Origin: Acidobacteriota bacterium
GTDB lineage: Bacteria; Acidobacteriota; Polarisedimenticolia; Gp22-AA2
Reading direction: 5' to 3'
Assembly (NCBI GenBank): GCA_031394595.1
Contig: JANNTZ010000191.1
Span: 72-64,071, forward strand
Length of the DNA stretch: 64,000 bases
Below, in pieces: positions 7,998-17,186 of the stretch. The notes below the pieces were generated by a model, which was not told the DNA's origin, did not search any database, and was given only the letters and a program-made list of their open reading frames with translations. Every line of letters begins with the position of its first letter. The first letter of the stretch is position 1. The position numbers were made by a program, and so were the translations under genes.

Positions 7998-9166
7998 GGT
8001 GTCCCGGGCTCCCGTGCCAGCAACTCAAGATAGAGCCTCTCCTGGGCGCGGACCATCGCGTCGATGTCGAACTCGTCGAGCCGGGCGCGCGCCCGCCGGG
8101 TCATGGCACGACCCGCATCCGGCGCGTTGAGGGTCGCCACGATCCCCCGGGCCATCCCTTCGATGTCGTGCGGCGGCCGCACCACGCCCGTGTCGCCATC
8201 GCGCAGGATGTCGGTGGTGCCGTCCACCCCGGTGGCGACGACCGGCACGCCGGCCGCGATCGCCTCGGGGACGACGCGCGGCAGCCCCTCCCAGAGCGAG
8301 GTCAGAACCATCACGTCGAGGGAGGCGAGGACCCGCGGGATGTCGCGGCGCCAGCCGAGCAGGTGCAGGCGTCCCTCCAGTCCGAGCGCCCGGACCCGGC
8401 CCTCGACGGCCGGCCGGAGTTCGCCGTCCCCCGCCAGGACGAAGTGCGCCTCCGGGACTTGCGCCGCGACCCGGGCCGCGATCTCCACGAACTCGAGCGG
8501 CGCTTTTTGCGGCTTCAGGCAGGCGATCATGCCGACCATCGGTGCTCCGGACGGGATCCCGAGCTCGCCCCGCAGACCGGCACCGTTGCGCAGCGTCGGG
8601 TCGGACGCCGCCGCCTCGAAGTCGCGCCGGTGGATGCCGCTGCGGATCAGGGCCGCCCGATCGCCCCGGACGATCCCGAGCCGGACACCCAGGTCCAGGT
8701 TGGCCTGGGACACCAGCACGAGCCGGGTGGTCAACGGGGTCATGGCGCGCTCCAGCCCGACGAGCAGACCGCGAAGCCAGGCGGGCTGGGTCGGGTTGAA
8801 CCCGAACCCGTGCACCGTGTGGATGACGATCGGGACGCCGGCGATCCGGGCCGCGATCCGTCCGACGATCCCCGCCTTGGAGGAATGCGTGTGGACGATG
8901 GCGGGGCGGTCCCGCCGGAAGATCCGGGCCAGGGCGGCGATCGCCGCCAGGTCCCGGAACGGCCGAATCTCCCGGACCAGCGACGGCACGAAGGTGACCG
9001 GCACACCCGAACGGCGGGCATCGTCGTCGCGCAGGCCACCCGGACCGCAGACCAGGCTGGGTGCGAACGGCGGGCCGAGATGGGTGACGGTGTGCAGGGT
9101 ATTGTCCTGCGCGCCGCCCAGCTCCAGACGGGTGATGACGTGGCAGACGCGGACAGTGCGATCCAT
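7994..9166 (-). CDS. Glycosyltransferase family 4
   Basis: MDRTVRVCHVITRLELGGAQ N-terminus and a C-terminal LWEGLPRVVPEAIAAGVPVV (E-x7-E region). ATG 9166. Upstream ORF-track extension rejected. Confidence 0.75.
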   Translation of the reverse strand: MDRTVRVCHVITRLELGGAQDNTLHTVTHLGPPFAPSLVCGPGGLRDDDARRSGVPVTFVPSLVREIRPFRDLAAIAALARIFRRDRPAIVHTHSSKAGIVGRIAARIAGVPIVIHTVHGFGFNPTQPAWLRGLLVGLERAMTPLTTRLVLVSQANLDLGVRLGIVRGDRAALIRSGIHRRDFEAAASDPTLRNGAGLRGELGIPSGAPMVGMIACLKPQKAPLEFVEIAARVAAQVPEAHFVLAGDGELRPAVEGRVRALGLEGRLHLLGWRRDIPRVLASLDVMVLTSLWEGLPRVVPEAIAAGVPVVATGVDGTTDILRDGDTGVVRPPHDIEGMARGIVATLNAPDAGRAMTRRARARLDEFDIDAMVRAQERLYLELLAREPGTP

Positions 9167-9171
9167 CGGCG

Positions 9172-11082
9172 TCAAGCCGCCGCCCGCGCGCCCGGCGCGC
9201 CGCGCCGGCGGAGCCAGAGCTCGAGCACCAGGAGGGTCCAGATCATCTCGTCGTAGTTGCGCTGGCCCGATCGGTGGATCTTGAGGACCGCCGCCACCGC
9301 ATCGCGATTCAGGTAGTCGCGCGATCGGGCGGCGGGCCCGAGCAGCAGATCGGCAGCCGCGCCATACAGATCGCCACGGAACCAATGGTCCAACGGCAGA
9401 CCGAACCCGGCCTTGCGGCGCCGCAGCACCGCTTCCGGGAGCCGCCCACGATACAGACGGCGCAGGAACAGCTTGCCGGTCCGCAGACCGACCTTGCGGC
9501 GCACCGGCAGTCGCGCCGCGAACTCCACGATCCGGTGATCGAGAAACGGCGACCGCAGTTCGAGACCGGACGCCATCGAGGTGATGTCCGCCTTGAACAG
9601 CAGATCGTCGGGCAGGTAGTGCTCCTGGTCGGCGCGCAGGACGTGCTCCAGGGTTGCGTCGCCGCCGAAATCGTTCGGGATCCGCCCCAGCGCCTGCGTC
9701 GGGTCGATCGCCACGACCCGGGCGGCGAATTCCGGCCGGTAGAGACGCGCGATCCGCCGGGCCCCCGGGTTGGCCATCCACAGGGCGTTGCGCTCGCGGG
9801 CCGGCATCTCCCAGCCCTCCAGGAAGCGTCGCAGCCGCCCCGGCAGATTGCGGCGGTTACGCTCGCTCGACATCGCCTCCAGCAGGGCGTAGAACGGGGT
9901 GCGCGACACGACCCCCGGCAGCCACCCGAATCGATCCGCCAGACGGTGGGCGCGATAGCGATCGTACCCGCCGAACGCCTCGTCGCCGCCGTCGCCGGTC
10001 AGGGCCACCTTGACGTGACGGGCCACGGCGCGCGCCAGGATCCAGCACGACAGCGCCGACGGATCGGCGAACGGGATTCCCATGTGACCGATCAGCGTCT
10101 CGAGATCGTCGAGGCGGCAGGCCGGCAGGACGATCTCCTCCAGGGCAATCCCGAAGCGTCGCGCCACCGCACGGGCCGCCGGCCGCTCGTCGTAGTCGGC
10201 CTCCGCGAACCCGGCGGTGAAGGCGCGGAACCCGGCTGCGTGACCGCGGCGGATGTGCCAGGCGACCGCCGCCGAGTCGAGCCCTCCGGAGAGCAGCAGC
10301 GCCACCGGGACATCGCTGCGCAGCCGAATGCGGACGGCATCGTCCATCAGCGCCACGAACTTGTCGGCGGTCCCGCGGGTCCGTTCGCGGTCCTCGACGT
10401 GGGGGGCCGCGATCGACCAATAGCGATCGAGGCGTGCCCGCCCCTGCTCCCAGATTAACAAGTGCGCCGGTGGCAACTGGCGGATCCCCTCGTACGCGGT
10501 GCCAGGACAGGGCACGTAGCGCAGGGCCAGGAGGTGGTGGATCGCCTCCGGATCGGGCGCCGGCGCGAACCCGGGCTCCGCGAGCAGCGCCGGCACTTCC
10601 GAGGCGAACCGCAGGCCATCCGGCGCGACCCGGTACACCAGCGGCTTGACCCCGAGACGGTCGCGTACCAGGACCATCCGGCCGAAGCGGGCGTCCCACA
10701 AGGCGAAGGCGAACATCCCGATGATCCGACGCACCGCCCCCAGCCCTTCCGCCAGGTACAGCTGCAGCAGGACCTCGGTGTCGGAGCTCGATCGGAAGCG
10801 GATGCCGTGCCGCTTCAGCTCCTCCCGCAGTTCGACGTGGTTGTAGATCTCGCCGTTGAAGACCAGCGCCACCTGCCCGTCCGCGGCCGTCATCGGCATG
10901 CGACCCTGCGGCGACAGGTCGACGATCGCCAGGCGTCGGCTGGCAAGACCGAAGCCGGGGCCGGCGTGCTCGCCGGCGTCGTCCGGCCCACGGTGGGCGA
11001 CGGCATCCCCCATGAGTTTCAGGAGATTCGGATCGGGGACCCGGCCCGGATCGTTGAAGGCGATGCCCGCCAGACCGCACAT
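9172..11082 (-). CDS. asnB: Asparagine synthetase (glutamine-hydrolysing) family amidotransferase, WbpS-like
   Basis: N-terminal MCGLAGIA (Cys2 nucleophile). Class-II glutamine amidotransferase motifs RGPDD and GEIYNH. Synthetase PP-loop SGGLDS. ATG 11082 verified. Confidence 0.85.
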   Translation of the reverse strand: MCGLAGIAFNDPGRVPDPNLLKLMGDAVAHRGPDDAGEHAGPGFGLASRRLAIVDLSPQGRMPMTAADGQVALVFNGEIYNHVELREELKRHGIRFRSSSDTEVLLQLYLAEGLGAVRRIIGMFAFALWDARFGRMVLVRDRLGVKPLVYRVAPDGLRFASEVPALLAEPGFAPAPDPEAIHHLLALRYVPCPGTAYEGIRQLPPAHLLIWEQGRARLDRYWSIAAPHVEDRERTRGTADKFVALMDDAVRIRLRSDVPVALLLSGGLDSAAVAWHIRRGHAAGFRAFTAGFAEADYDERPAARAVARRFGIALEEIVLPACRLDDLETLIGHMGIPFADPSALSCWILARAVARHVKVALTGDGGDEAFGGYDRYRAHRLADRFGWLPGVVSRTPFYALLEAMSSERNRRNLPGRLRRFLEGWEMPARERNALWMANPGARRIARLYRPEFAARVVAIDPTQALGRIPNDFGGDATLEHVLRADQEHYLPDDLLFKADITSMASGLELRSPFLDHRIVEFAARLPVRRKVGLRTGKLFLRRLYRGRLPEAVLRRRKAGFGLPLDHWFRGDLYGAAADLLLGPAARSRDYLNRDAVAAVLKIHRSGQRNYDEMIWTLLVLELWLRRRGAPGARAAA

Positions 11083-11092
11083 GCCCGCCCCC

Positions 11093-12439
11093 TCAGCCGG
11101 CCCGGCGCGCCGCTGGAAGCGGCAGGAACAGGGGCCGGATCCGCTCCGCGACCTGCATCCCGGCCTGGATGGCGGTCTCCATCGACGAGTACTCCCACGA
11201 TCCGAAGCGCCCGGTCGAGTGGATGCCGTGATCGCCAAGCGCCGCGAGGATGCGCGGCACGTGCGCGGCACGGTGACGGTCGTAGATGACGTAGGCGGGG
11301 TCGAGGACCTGGACCCGCCGGTACACGATCCGGTCGCCGCGCCTCAGGATCCCGGCCCGGCGGAGATCTTCCACCGCCCGGTCCACCACCTCCGCCTCGT
11401 CGAACGGCTCGTCGCGCAGGAACGATCGCTCGGCGTAGATCGGCGAGCAGCCGCGGGGCGCCAGGGTGTCGGAGAGGTTCCCGGGAAAGCCGGCGCGGTA
11501 GATCGAGTACCCGGGTTCGGGGAAGTAGATCCAGTGGGCGTCGGACACCGGCGTGCGGTCGACGCCGAGGCTGATGTTGAGCACCCGCACCGCGCGGAGT
11601 CCCCGCCCCGCGGCCGGCAGATCTTCAGGAAGACCCCGGGCGATCGCCAGGAGCCGGTCGAGCGGGATCGTCGAGACCAACGATTCCCACTGCAGGACGC
11701 TGCCGTCGTCGAGCGTGACGGTCCGGGCCCGGACATCGAGACTGATCGCCGACCGGCCGGTCCGGATCTCCGGGCAGTCGGCCGCCAGGGCGTCCGGCAG
11801 GGCGCGGATCCCGCCACGTTTCGGATACAGGAAGGTCGGGTTGTAGCCGAGCCCGCGCACCGTCTTTCCGAAGGCCCCCTCCAGCACCTCGCGGATCTGC
11901 GGCCGTGGCACCGACCAGGAGACCCACCCGCATTCCACCTGGTCCAGGTCCACGCGCCAGAGTTTGGCGTTGTAGGGGAGCATGAAGTGCCGGGCGATCC
12001 CGGATCCGAACGTCAGCCCGGCCCACTCCCGGAAGCTGGTGCGCGACAGATCGGGCTCCCCCTCGGCCGCGCGTCGCACCTGCGACTCGACAAAGCCGGT
12101 GAGACATTCAAGAACCACTTCCTGCGGCAGACCGTGGAGGTTGGCCTGGAAGGGATAGGCGGTGAACACCCCGTGGGAGAAAATCTGCGCCCGCCGTTCG
12201 TGACGCGCCAGGGCGCCGGGCAGCAGGCGTTCCACGAGCGCCTGCACCCGGGCATCCCGCAGGTGGAGCAGGTGGCCGGTGCAGTCGAAGGCGAAGCCGT
12301 TCTCCGCGTGGGTGCGGGTGAGACCGCCAATTTCGTTCTCCCGCTCGACCACCAGGCTCGGCACCGGGCGGAGATGGGACGCCGCCGACAGGCCTGCCAG
12401 GCCGCCGCCGAGGACCACCACCGGATACGTCGCGCTCAT
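11093..12439 (-). CDS. FAD/NAD(P)-binding oxidoreductase (amine-oxidase / UDP-galactopyranose-mutase-like fold)
   Basis: Rossmann motif VVVLGGGLAGLSAA. FMLPYNAKLW resembles the Glf family. Confidence 0.55.
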   Translation of the reverse strand: MSATYPVVVLGGGLAGLSAASHLRPVPSLVVERENEIGGLTRTHAENGFAFDCTGHLLHLRDARVQALVERLLPGALARHERRAQIFSHGVFTAYPFQANLHGLPQEVVLECLTGFVESQVRRAAEGEPDLSRTSFREWAGLTFGSGIARHFMLPYNAKLWRVDLDQVECGWVSWSVPRPQIREVLEGAFGKTVRGLGYNPTFLYPKRGGIRALPDALAADCPEIRTGRSAISLDVRARTVTLDDGSVLQWESLVSTIPLDRLLAIARGLPEDLPAAGRGLRAVRVLNISLGVDRTPVSDAHWIYFPEPGYSIYRAGFPGNLSDTLAPRGCSPIYAERSFLRDEPFDEAEVVDRAVEDLRRAGILRRGDRIVYRRVQVLDPAYVIYDRHRAAHVPRILAALGDHGIHSTGRFGSWEYSSMETAIQAGMQVAERIRPLFLPLPAARRAG

Positions 12440-12452
12440 CGTCCGGTCATCC

Positions 12453-13496
12453 TCATAACGACATGTCGATGCGTTTCAGGAACGCCGCTAGGCCGATCGA
12501 TCCGGCGACGATGCCGGCCAGGATCGCCGCCGCGCCCCGGGTGCCCGACATCATCATGGCGATCGCCAGGAGCCCCAGCAGCAGCGTCGCGCCCCAGGAC
12601 GCCAGGACCGTCTGCCGCGTGGTCAGTCGCCATTTCCGGACCCGCAGCGCGACGTGGTCGGGGCTGCCGAGCATCACCGGCAGCCCGCGCCGGTGGCGGA
12701 TGTACATGACGAACAGCATGTCGAAGACCGGCACCCCGAGGATCACCACCGGCGCCACCGAGGCGACCAGGTTCTCCCGGGTGTAGGAGTTGTTCATCCC
12801 GAGCGCCCCGAGCATCAACCCGATGAACATGCTGCCGGTGTCGCCCATGTAGATCCGGGCCGGCTGGACGTTGAAGCGCAGGAACCCGACCAGCGATCCG
12901 CAAAGGGCGGCAAGCACCAGCGCGTGGGTTTCGCGGCCGTTCATGACCGCCACCACGAACAGCACCAGCGCGGCGCAGGCCGCCACTCCCGCCGCCAGCC
13001 CGTCCATGATGTCGATCAGGTTGAAGGCGTTGGTGATCGCCAGGAGCCACACGAACGACAGGACGATCGCCACCGGCTCGGGCAGGAAGGCCAGCTTGAT
13101 GTAGATGGAGGCGTTCATCAGGGTCAGGACCGCGATCACCTGGCCCGCCAGCTTGACGCCGGGCGCCAGGACACCGAAGTCGTCCACCAGACCGAGGATT
13201 ACGACGATGGCGCCGGCGAGCAGAAGACCGAGGATCTCGGTCGAGTCGAAGCGCAGCGTCGCGGTCAACGCGAGAAGGAACGACAGGTAGATGGCGATCC
13301 CGCCGAGATAGGGCACCGGCTCGGCCTGGGTCTTCAGGCGGCCGTCCGGATGGTCGACGATTCCGAAGCGGATCGCCGCGGCGCGCAGGATCGGCGTGGT
13401 GTACAGGGCGAGGACCAGCGCCACACCGAACGCCAGCAGACAGAGCAGCATCCGGGGCTGGAGAAACGCCGCCATCGACCAGGCGCCGGCCGTCAT
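12453..13496 (-). CDS. Polyprenyl-phosphate N-acetylhexosamine-1-phosphate transferase (WecA/WbpL/MraY family), initiating glycosyltransferase
   Basis: 10-11 TM helices and DDxxD-like VDDFGVL. NAFNLIDIMDGLAAG and YMGDTGSMFIG motifs. ATG 13496 overlaps the upstream stop as ATGA. The alternative frame 12436..13794 is rejected. Confidence 0.8.
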   Translation of the reverse strand: MTAGAWSMAAFLQPRMLLCLLAFGVALVLALYTTPILRAAAIRFGIVDHPDGRLKTQAEPVPYLGGIAIYLSFLLALTATLRFDSTEILGLLLAGAIVVILGLVDDFGVLAPGVKLAGQVIAVLTLMNASIYIKLAFLPEPVAIVLSFVWLLAITNAFNLIDIMDGLAAGVAACAALVLFVVAVMNGRETHALVLAALCGSLVGFLRFNVQPARIYMGDTGSMFIGLMLGALGMNNSYTRENLVASVAPVVILGVPVFDMLFVMYIRHRRGLPVMLGSPDHVALRVRKWRLTTRQTVLASWGATLLLGLLAIAMMMSGTRGAAAILAGIVAGSIGLAAFLKRIDMSL

Positions 13497-14746
13497 CTCC
13501 CCTCCCGCGCCGCCGACAACCGGTCCTGGAGGATCGATCGGTACAGGGCCGCCGTCTCCCCGACCAGCCGATCGATCCCGAATTCCGCCACCACCCGATC
13601 CCGCCCGGCGCATCCCAGACGCGCGGCCCGGTCGCGATCGCGCAGCAGTGCAGCGCAGGCGGATGCGAGGGCCACCGGGTCGCCCGGCGGCACCAGCAGA
13701 CCGGTCTCTCCGTCGCGCACCACCTCGGGCATGCCGCCGACACGGCTGGCGACCACCGGCCGGCCGGCCGCCATCGCCTCGAGCAGGGTGACACCGAACC
13801 CCTCCCACAGCGACGGCTGCACGAACAGATCCAGGGCGGTCATCACCTCGCCGATGTCCCGCCGCGTTCCCGCGAACACCGTGCGGTGGCTGACCCCCTC
13901 ACGCGTGGCGCACGCTTCGATCGCGGCCCGCGCCGGCCCGTCCCCGACCACCGCGAAACGCACCCGCGGCAGATCGCGCGCCAGGATCCGGGCCGCCGCG
14001 AAGAACACCGGCAAACCCTTCTTCGGCTCGTCCAGCCGGCCGACCGTGCCGATCAGCAGATCGGCCGGGCCGGCCCCGAGCTCGTGCCGCACCCGTTCGC
14101 GCGCCGCCGCCCCGCCCGGTTCGGCCGCCAGATCGGTGGCATTCATCAGGGTGCGGACCCGCCCCGGCGACAGGCCGTAAGTGCGCATCGCATAACGCCG
14201 CACCGCCTCCGAACAGGTCAGGACGAGGTCCGACAACGGCGCGGTGGCGCGTTCCGCCAGACGATGATGCGGGCCCATCCAGACGTCGGTGTCGTGATGG
14301 CTCGTCAGGATCACCGGCACCCCCGCGATCCTTCCGATCACCCGCGCCGCGAGGTTGGCGTGGAACAGGTGGGAGTGCAGGATCTGCACCCGCTCGCGGC
14401 GCAGCAGCGCCAGCAGCCGGCCGACGGCCCGCAGGTCGGTGGCGCCGCGCGATCCGAGGGCCACCGCCCGGACGCCGCGCGCCTCCAACTCGTCTCCCAC
14501 CAGGTCCCACCCCTTGAGGCAGGCGACCGTCACCTCGAACCCGAGCTTTTGCAGGCGGGGGGCGGTCATCAGGACCAGTTGCTCGGCTCCGCCGATCGTG
14601 AAGCCCACGGTCAGCACCAGGACGCGCGGCCTGCCGATCCCCGGGACCGGGAGGATCGCCTCCTGCGGCGCGCCGAACGCAACCGCGGATCGGACCGGCG
14701 GCCCGGTCTCCGGGGTGATGTGGCGGATGGCCGGGACGGCGCTCAT
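13493..14746 (-). CDS. Glycosyltransferase family 4
   Basis: C-terminal SLWEGFGVTLLEAMAAGRPVVASRVGGMPEVV. ATGA coupling at both ends. Confidence 0.8.
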   Translation of the reverse strand: MSAVPAIRHITPETGPPVRSAVAFGAPQEAILPVPGIGRPRVLVLTVGFTIGGAEQLVLMTAPRLQKLGFEVTVACLKGWDLVGDELEARGVRAVALGSRGATDLRAVGRLLALLRRERVQILHSHLFHANLAARVIGRIAGVPVILTSHHDTDVWMGPHHRLAERATAPLSDLVLTCSEAVRRYAMRTYGLSPGRVRTLMNATDLAAEPGGAAARERVRHELGAGPADLLIGTVGRLDEPKKGLPVFFAAARILARDLPRVRFAVVGDGPARAAIEACATREGVSHRTVFAGTRRDIGEVMTALDLFVQPSLWEGFGVTLLEAMAAGRPVVASRVGGMPEVVRDGETGLLVPPGDPVALASACAALLRDRDRAARLGCAGRDRVVAEFGIDRLVGETAALYRSILQDRLSAAREGR

Positions 14747-15948
14747 GCCCGCCCTCCGCCCATGCCGGCGGCGGCCTCGCCTGCCGCAAACCTCTCCGGC
14801 GCCGAACCTGTCTCTCCGAGCACCCGTCGATAAACCGCGTCCACCCGCGCCGCGCCGGCGGCAAGCGAGAAGTTTTCGACCACCGACCGCCGGGCGGCCG
14901 CGCCGAGTTGCGCCGCCAGACCGGGGGTGCCGATCAGCCGCTGCATGGCAGCCGCGAGCGCCACCGGGTCGGCGGGTGGAACGATCAGCCCGGTGGCGCC
15001 GTCGGTGACCACGTCCTCGACCCCCACGGCCCGGGCCGCGACCACCGGGATCGACATCGCCATCGCCTCCAGCAGGGCCTGCGGCAGTCCTTCCCAGAGC
15101 GACGGGAGAACGAACAGATCGAGGGACGCGAGGATCGCGGGGACATCGCGGCGGTGGCCGAGGAAGATCACCCGCCCGTCGATCCCGGCCCGCCGCGCTT
15201 CATCCTCGAGGCGCGCGCGCTCCGGACCCTCGCCGGCAATCACCAGGAGGGCGCCGGGATGATCGACGAGCAGCCTCCCGAAGGCGCGCAGGAGATGCAC
15301 TTGCCCTTTCTGCGGCGCCAGGCGCCCGACTGTACCGATCACCGGCGCCTGTCCGTCCGCACCGATCGCGGCCCGCGCCTCGGCGCGGCCCGGGGCCCGA
15401 CCCCCGATGTCGGGGTCGACGCCGTTGCCGACGACCACCATGCGGCGCCGCGGCAGGTGCTCGACGTTCTCCAGGAACCGGGCGAGTCCCTCCGACACCA
15501 CGATGGTCGCGTCGGCTGCCTCGTAGGCCAGCCTTTCGAGGACCAGGAAGGGATAGCGCTTCCAGGTCCGCTGCTGCCGGAAGTCGTCGGCGTTCTGCTT
15601 GGTGGTCACGACCGCCCGCGCCCCTCCCAGCCGCGCCGCACAGGTCCCGTAGTAGTCGGCGAGGTCCATCTGCGTGTGCACCAGATCGATTCGGTCCCGG
15701 CGCACCAGCCGCACCAGGCGCCAGAGCGCCGCGGGGTCGACGGTCCCGCGCGTCCCGATCGCGACCACCGGGAAGCCGGCTGCCTCGAATTCCGGCGCCA
15801 GGACCGGCTCGCCCCTCAGGCAGGCGACGCGCAGGTCGTAGCGCCGCGGATCAAGATGCTGCAGGAGTCGCAGCAGCGCCATCTCCGTGCCACCCGGGAG
15901 CAGGGTCGCAATCACGTGCAGGACACGCACCCGGTCCGGAACGTTCAT
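14743..15948 (-). CDS. Glycosyltransferase family 4
   Basis: SLWEGLPQALLEAMAMSIPVVAARAVGVEDVV. N-terminal VLHVIATLLPGGTE. Confidence 0.8.
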   Translation of the reverse strand: MNVPDRVRVLHVIATLLPGGTEMALLRLLQHLDPRRYDLRVACLRGEPVLAPEFEAAGFPVVAIGTRGTVDPAALWRLVRLVRRDRIDLVHTQMDLADYYGTCAARLGGARAVVTTKQNADDFRQQRTWKRYPFLVLERLAYEAADATIVVSEGLARFLENVEHLPRRRMVVVGNGVDPDIGGRAPGRAEARAAIGADGQAPVIGTVGRLAPQKGQVHLLRAFGRLLVDHPGALLVIAGEGPERARLEDEARRAGIDGRVIFLGHRRDVPAILASLDLFVLPSLWEGLPQALLEAMAMSIPVVAARAVGVEDVVTDGATGLIVPPADPVALAAAMQRLIGTPGLAAQLGAAARRSVVENFSLAAGAARVDAVYRRVLGETGSAPERFAAGEAAAGMGGGRA

Positions 15949-17186
15949 CGACCGGCCCTCGCCTGCAGGGCCACGCCGCCGGGTTCCGGCGCCACCGCGC
16001 GATCCTTCTCCCCGGAGTCGATTCGCGGAAACGTCAGCCCGAGATCGCCGATCGCCCGTCGCACCTGGGCGAACCGATCGTCCCAGGTGTTTCGTCGCGC
16101 GTACTCCTGTCGCCGCGCCCGATTTTCAGGAGCCTCCAGCCGGCTGGCCTCCAGGGCGTCGGCGAACTCCGCCGGCGTACCCGCAGACCGGATCGGAGCC
16201 CGCATCGCGAGGGTTTCCTGGAGCGGCGCCGACACCACCGGGATCCCGGCGGCGCAGTATTCGTAGACCTTGATCGGGTGGATGGCATGCGTCATCGGTC
16301 CGGGGGCGAACGGCATGATCCCGGCGTCGGCATGGGCGGTGTAAGCGGGCAGATCGTCGTACCGCCGTGGCCCCAGCAGGCCGACGTTCGGCAGCGGGGC
16401 CAGGGCGCGGAGATCGGTCCGCACCGGCCCGATCAGGACGAACGACCAGCGCGGCAGCCGCCGCGCCACGGCCGCGATCAAGGCGGCATCGAACCACCAG
16501 TCGAGGCTGCCGATGTAAAGCGCCCGCGGCCGCGGCCAGCGGGCCAGATCGGCCGGCTCCGGCCGACCGCCCTGGAGGAACGGTTCCGGATCGCAGCCGT
16601 TCGGCACGTGCAGGACCCGGGTCGCCCCCAGGGCTCGGGCCCGCTCCGCGAGCGCGCCGGCGGTGACGATCACCAGGTCGGCGCGGCGGCAGGTCTCCGC
16701 CTCGATCGCCGCGAACTTCGAAGGCGTGTCGGGAAAGGACGCGGTATCGTCGCTCATCCGGTAGACGGCGGCACGGCGCGGCAGGTCGTCCATCAATCCC
16801 AGGAGCGGCGCCCCCGGCGACATCCAGAGCAGGTCGAGGTCTGCGAACCCGGCACGCGCCAGCACCCGCGTCAATCGTGGGGTCGTGGCGCGCAGCGTGC
16901 GGCGCTGCACCCACGGCCGGTCCAGGAGCGGATAGGGCCGGTGCGGCAGCCAGGTCATCGGAGCGTAGGCGAACTGACTCGCGCCCTCGCGCCATTCCCC
17001 GCCGCGCCGCCACAGCCGGAGACGGGCATCGGTCTCCGCGTTGCGCCGCAGCAGATTGACCGGCGAGAGCGGTCCGGCGCACCACGCCACGCGGGCCCCG
17101 TGGCGCAGGAAGCGCGCCGCGAAATGATGACCGCCGACCCGGATCGGGCCCCCGGGGGCGAAATGTTCCCACATCAGGATATTCAC
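15945..17186 (-). CDS. Glycosyltransferase (GT1/GT4-like, retaining GT-B)
   Basis: IKVYEYCAAGIPVVSAPL E-x7-E-like motif. GTG 17186 overlaps the upstream stop as GTGA. An alternative ATG is at 17174. Confidence 0.6.
   Translation of the reverse strand: MNILMWEHFAPGGPIRVGGHHFAARFLRHGARVAWCAGPLSPVNLLRRNAETDARLRLWRRGGEWREGASQFAYAPMTWLPHRPYPLLDRPWVQRRTLRATTPRLTRVLARAGFADLDLLWMSPGAPLLGLMDDLPRRAAVYRMSDDTASFPDTPSKFAAIEAETCRRADLVIVTAGALAERARALGATRVLHVPNGCDPEPFLQGGRPEPADLARWPRPRALYIGSLDWWFDAALIAAVARRLPRWSFVLIGPVRTDLRALAPLPNVGLLGPRRYDDLPAYTAHADAGIMPFAPGPMTHAIHPIKVYEYCAAGIPVVSAPLQETLAMRAPIRSAGTPAEFADALEASRLEAPENRARRQEYARRNTWDDRFAQVRRAIGDLGLTFPRIDSGEKDRAVAPEPGGVALQARAGR

Noticed and set aside
12436-13794. 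452-aa minus-strand ORF overlapping the WecA-like gene in another frame
   Set aside because: It is Arg/Gly/Pro-rich low-complexity, typical of off-frame reading in high-GC DNA. The 12453-13496 frame gives a recognisable MraY/WecA-family protein with ATGA coupling.
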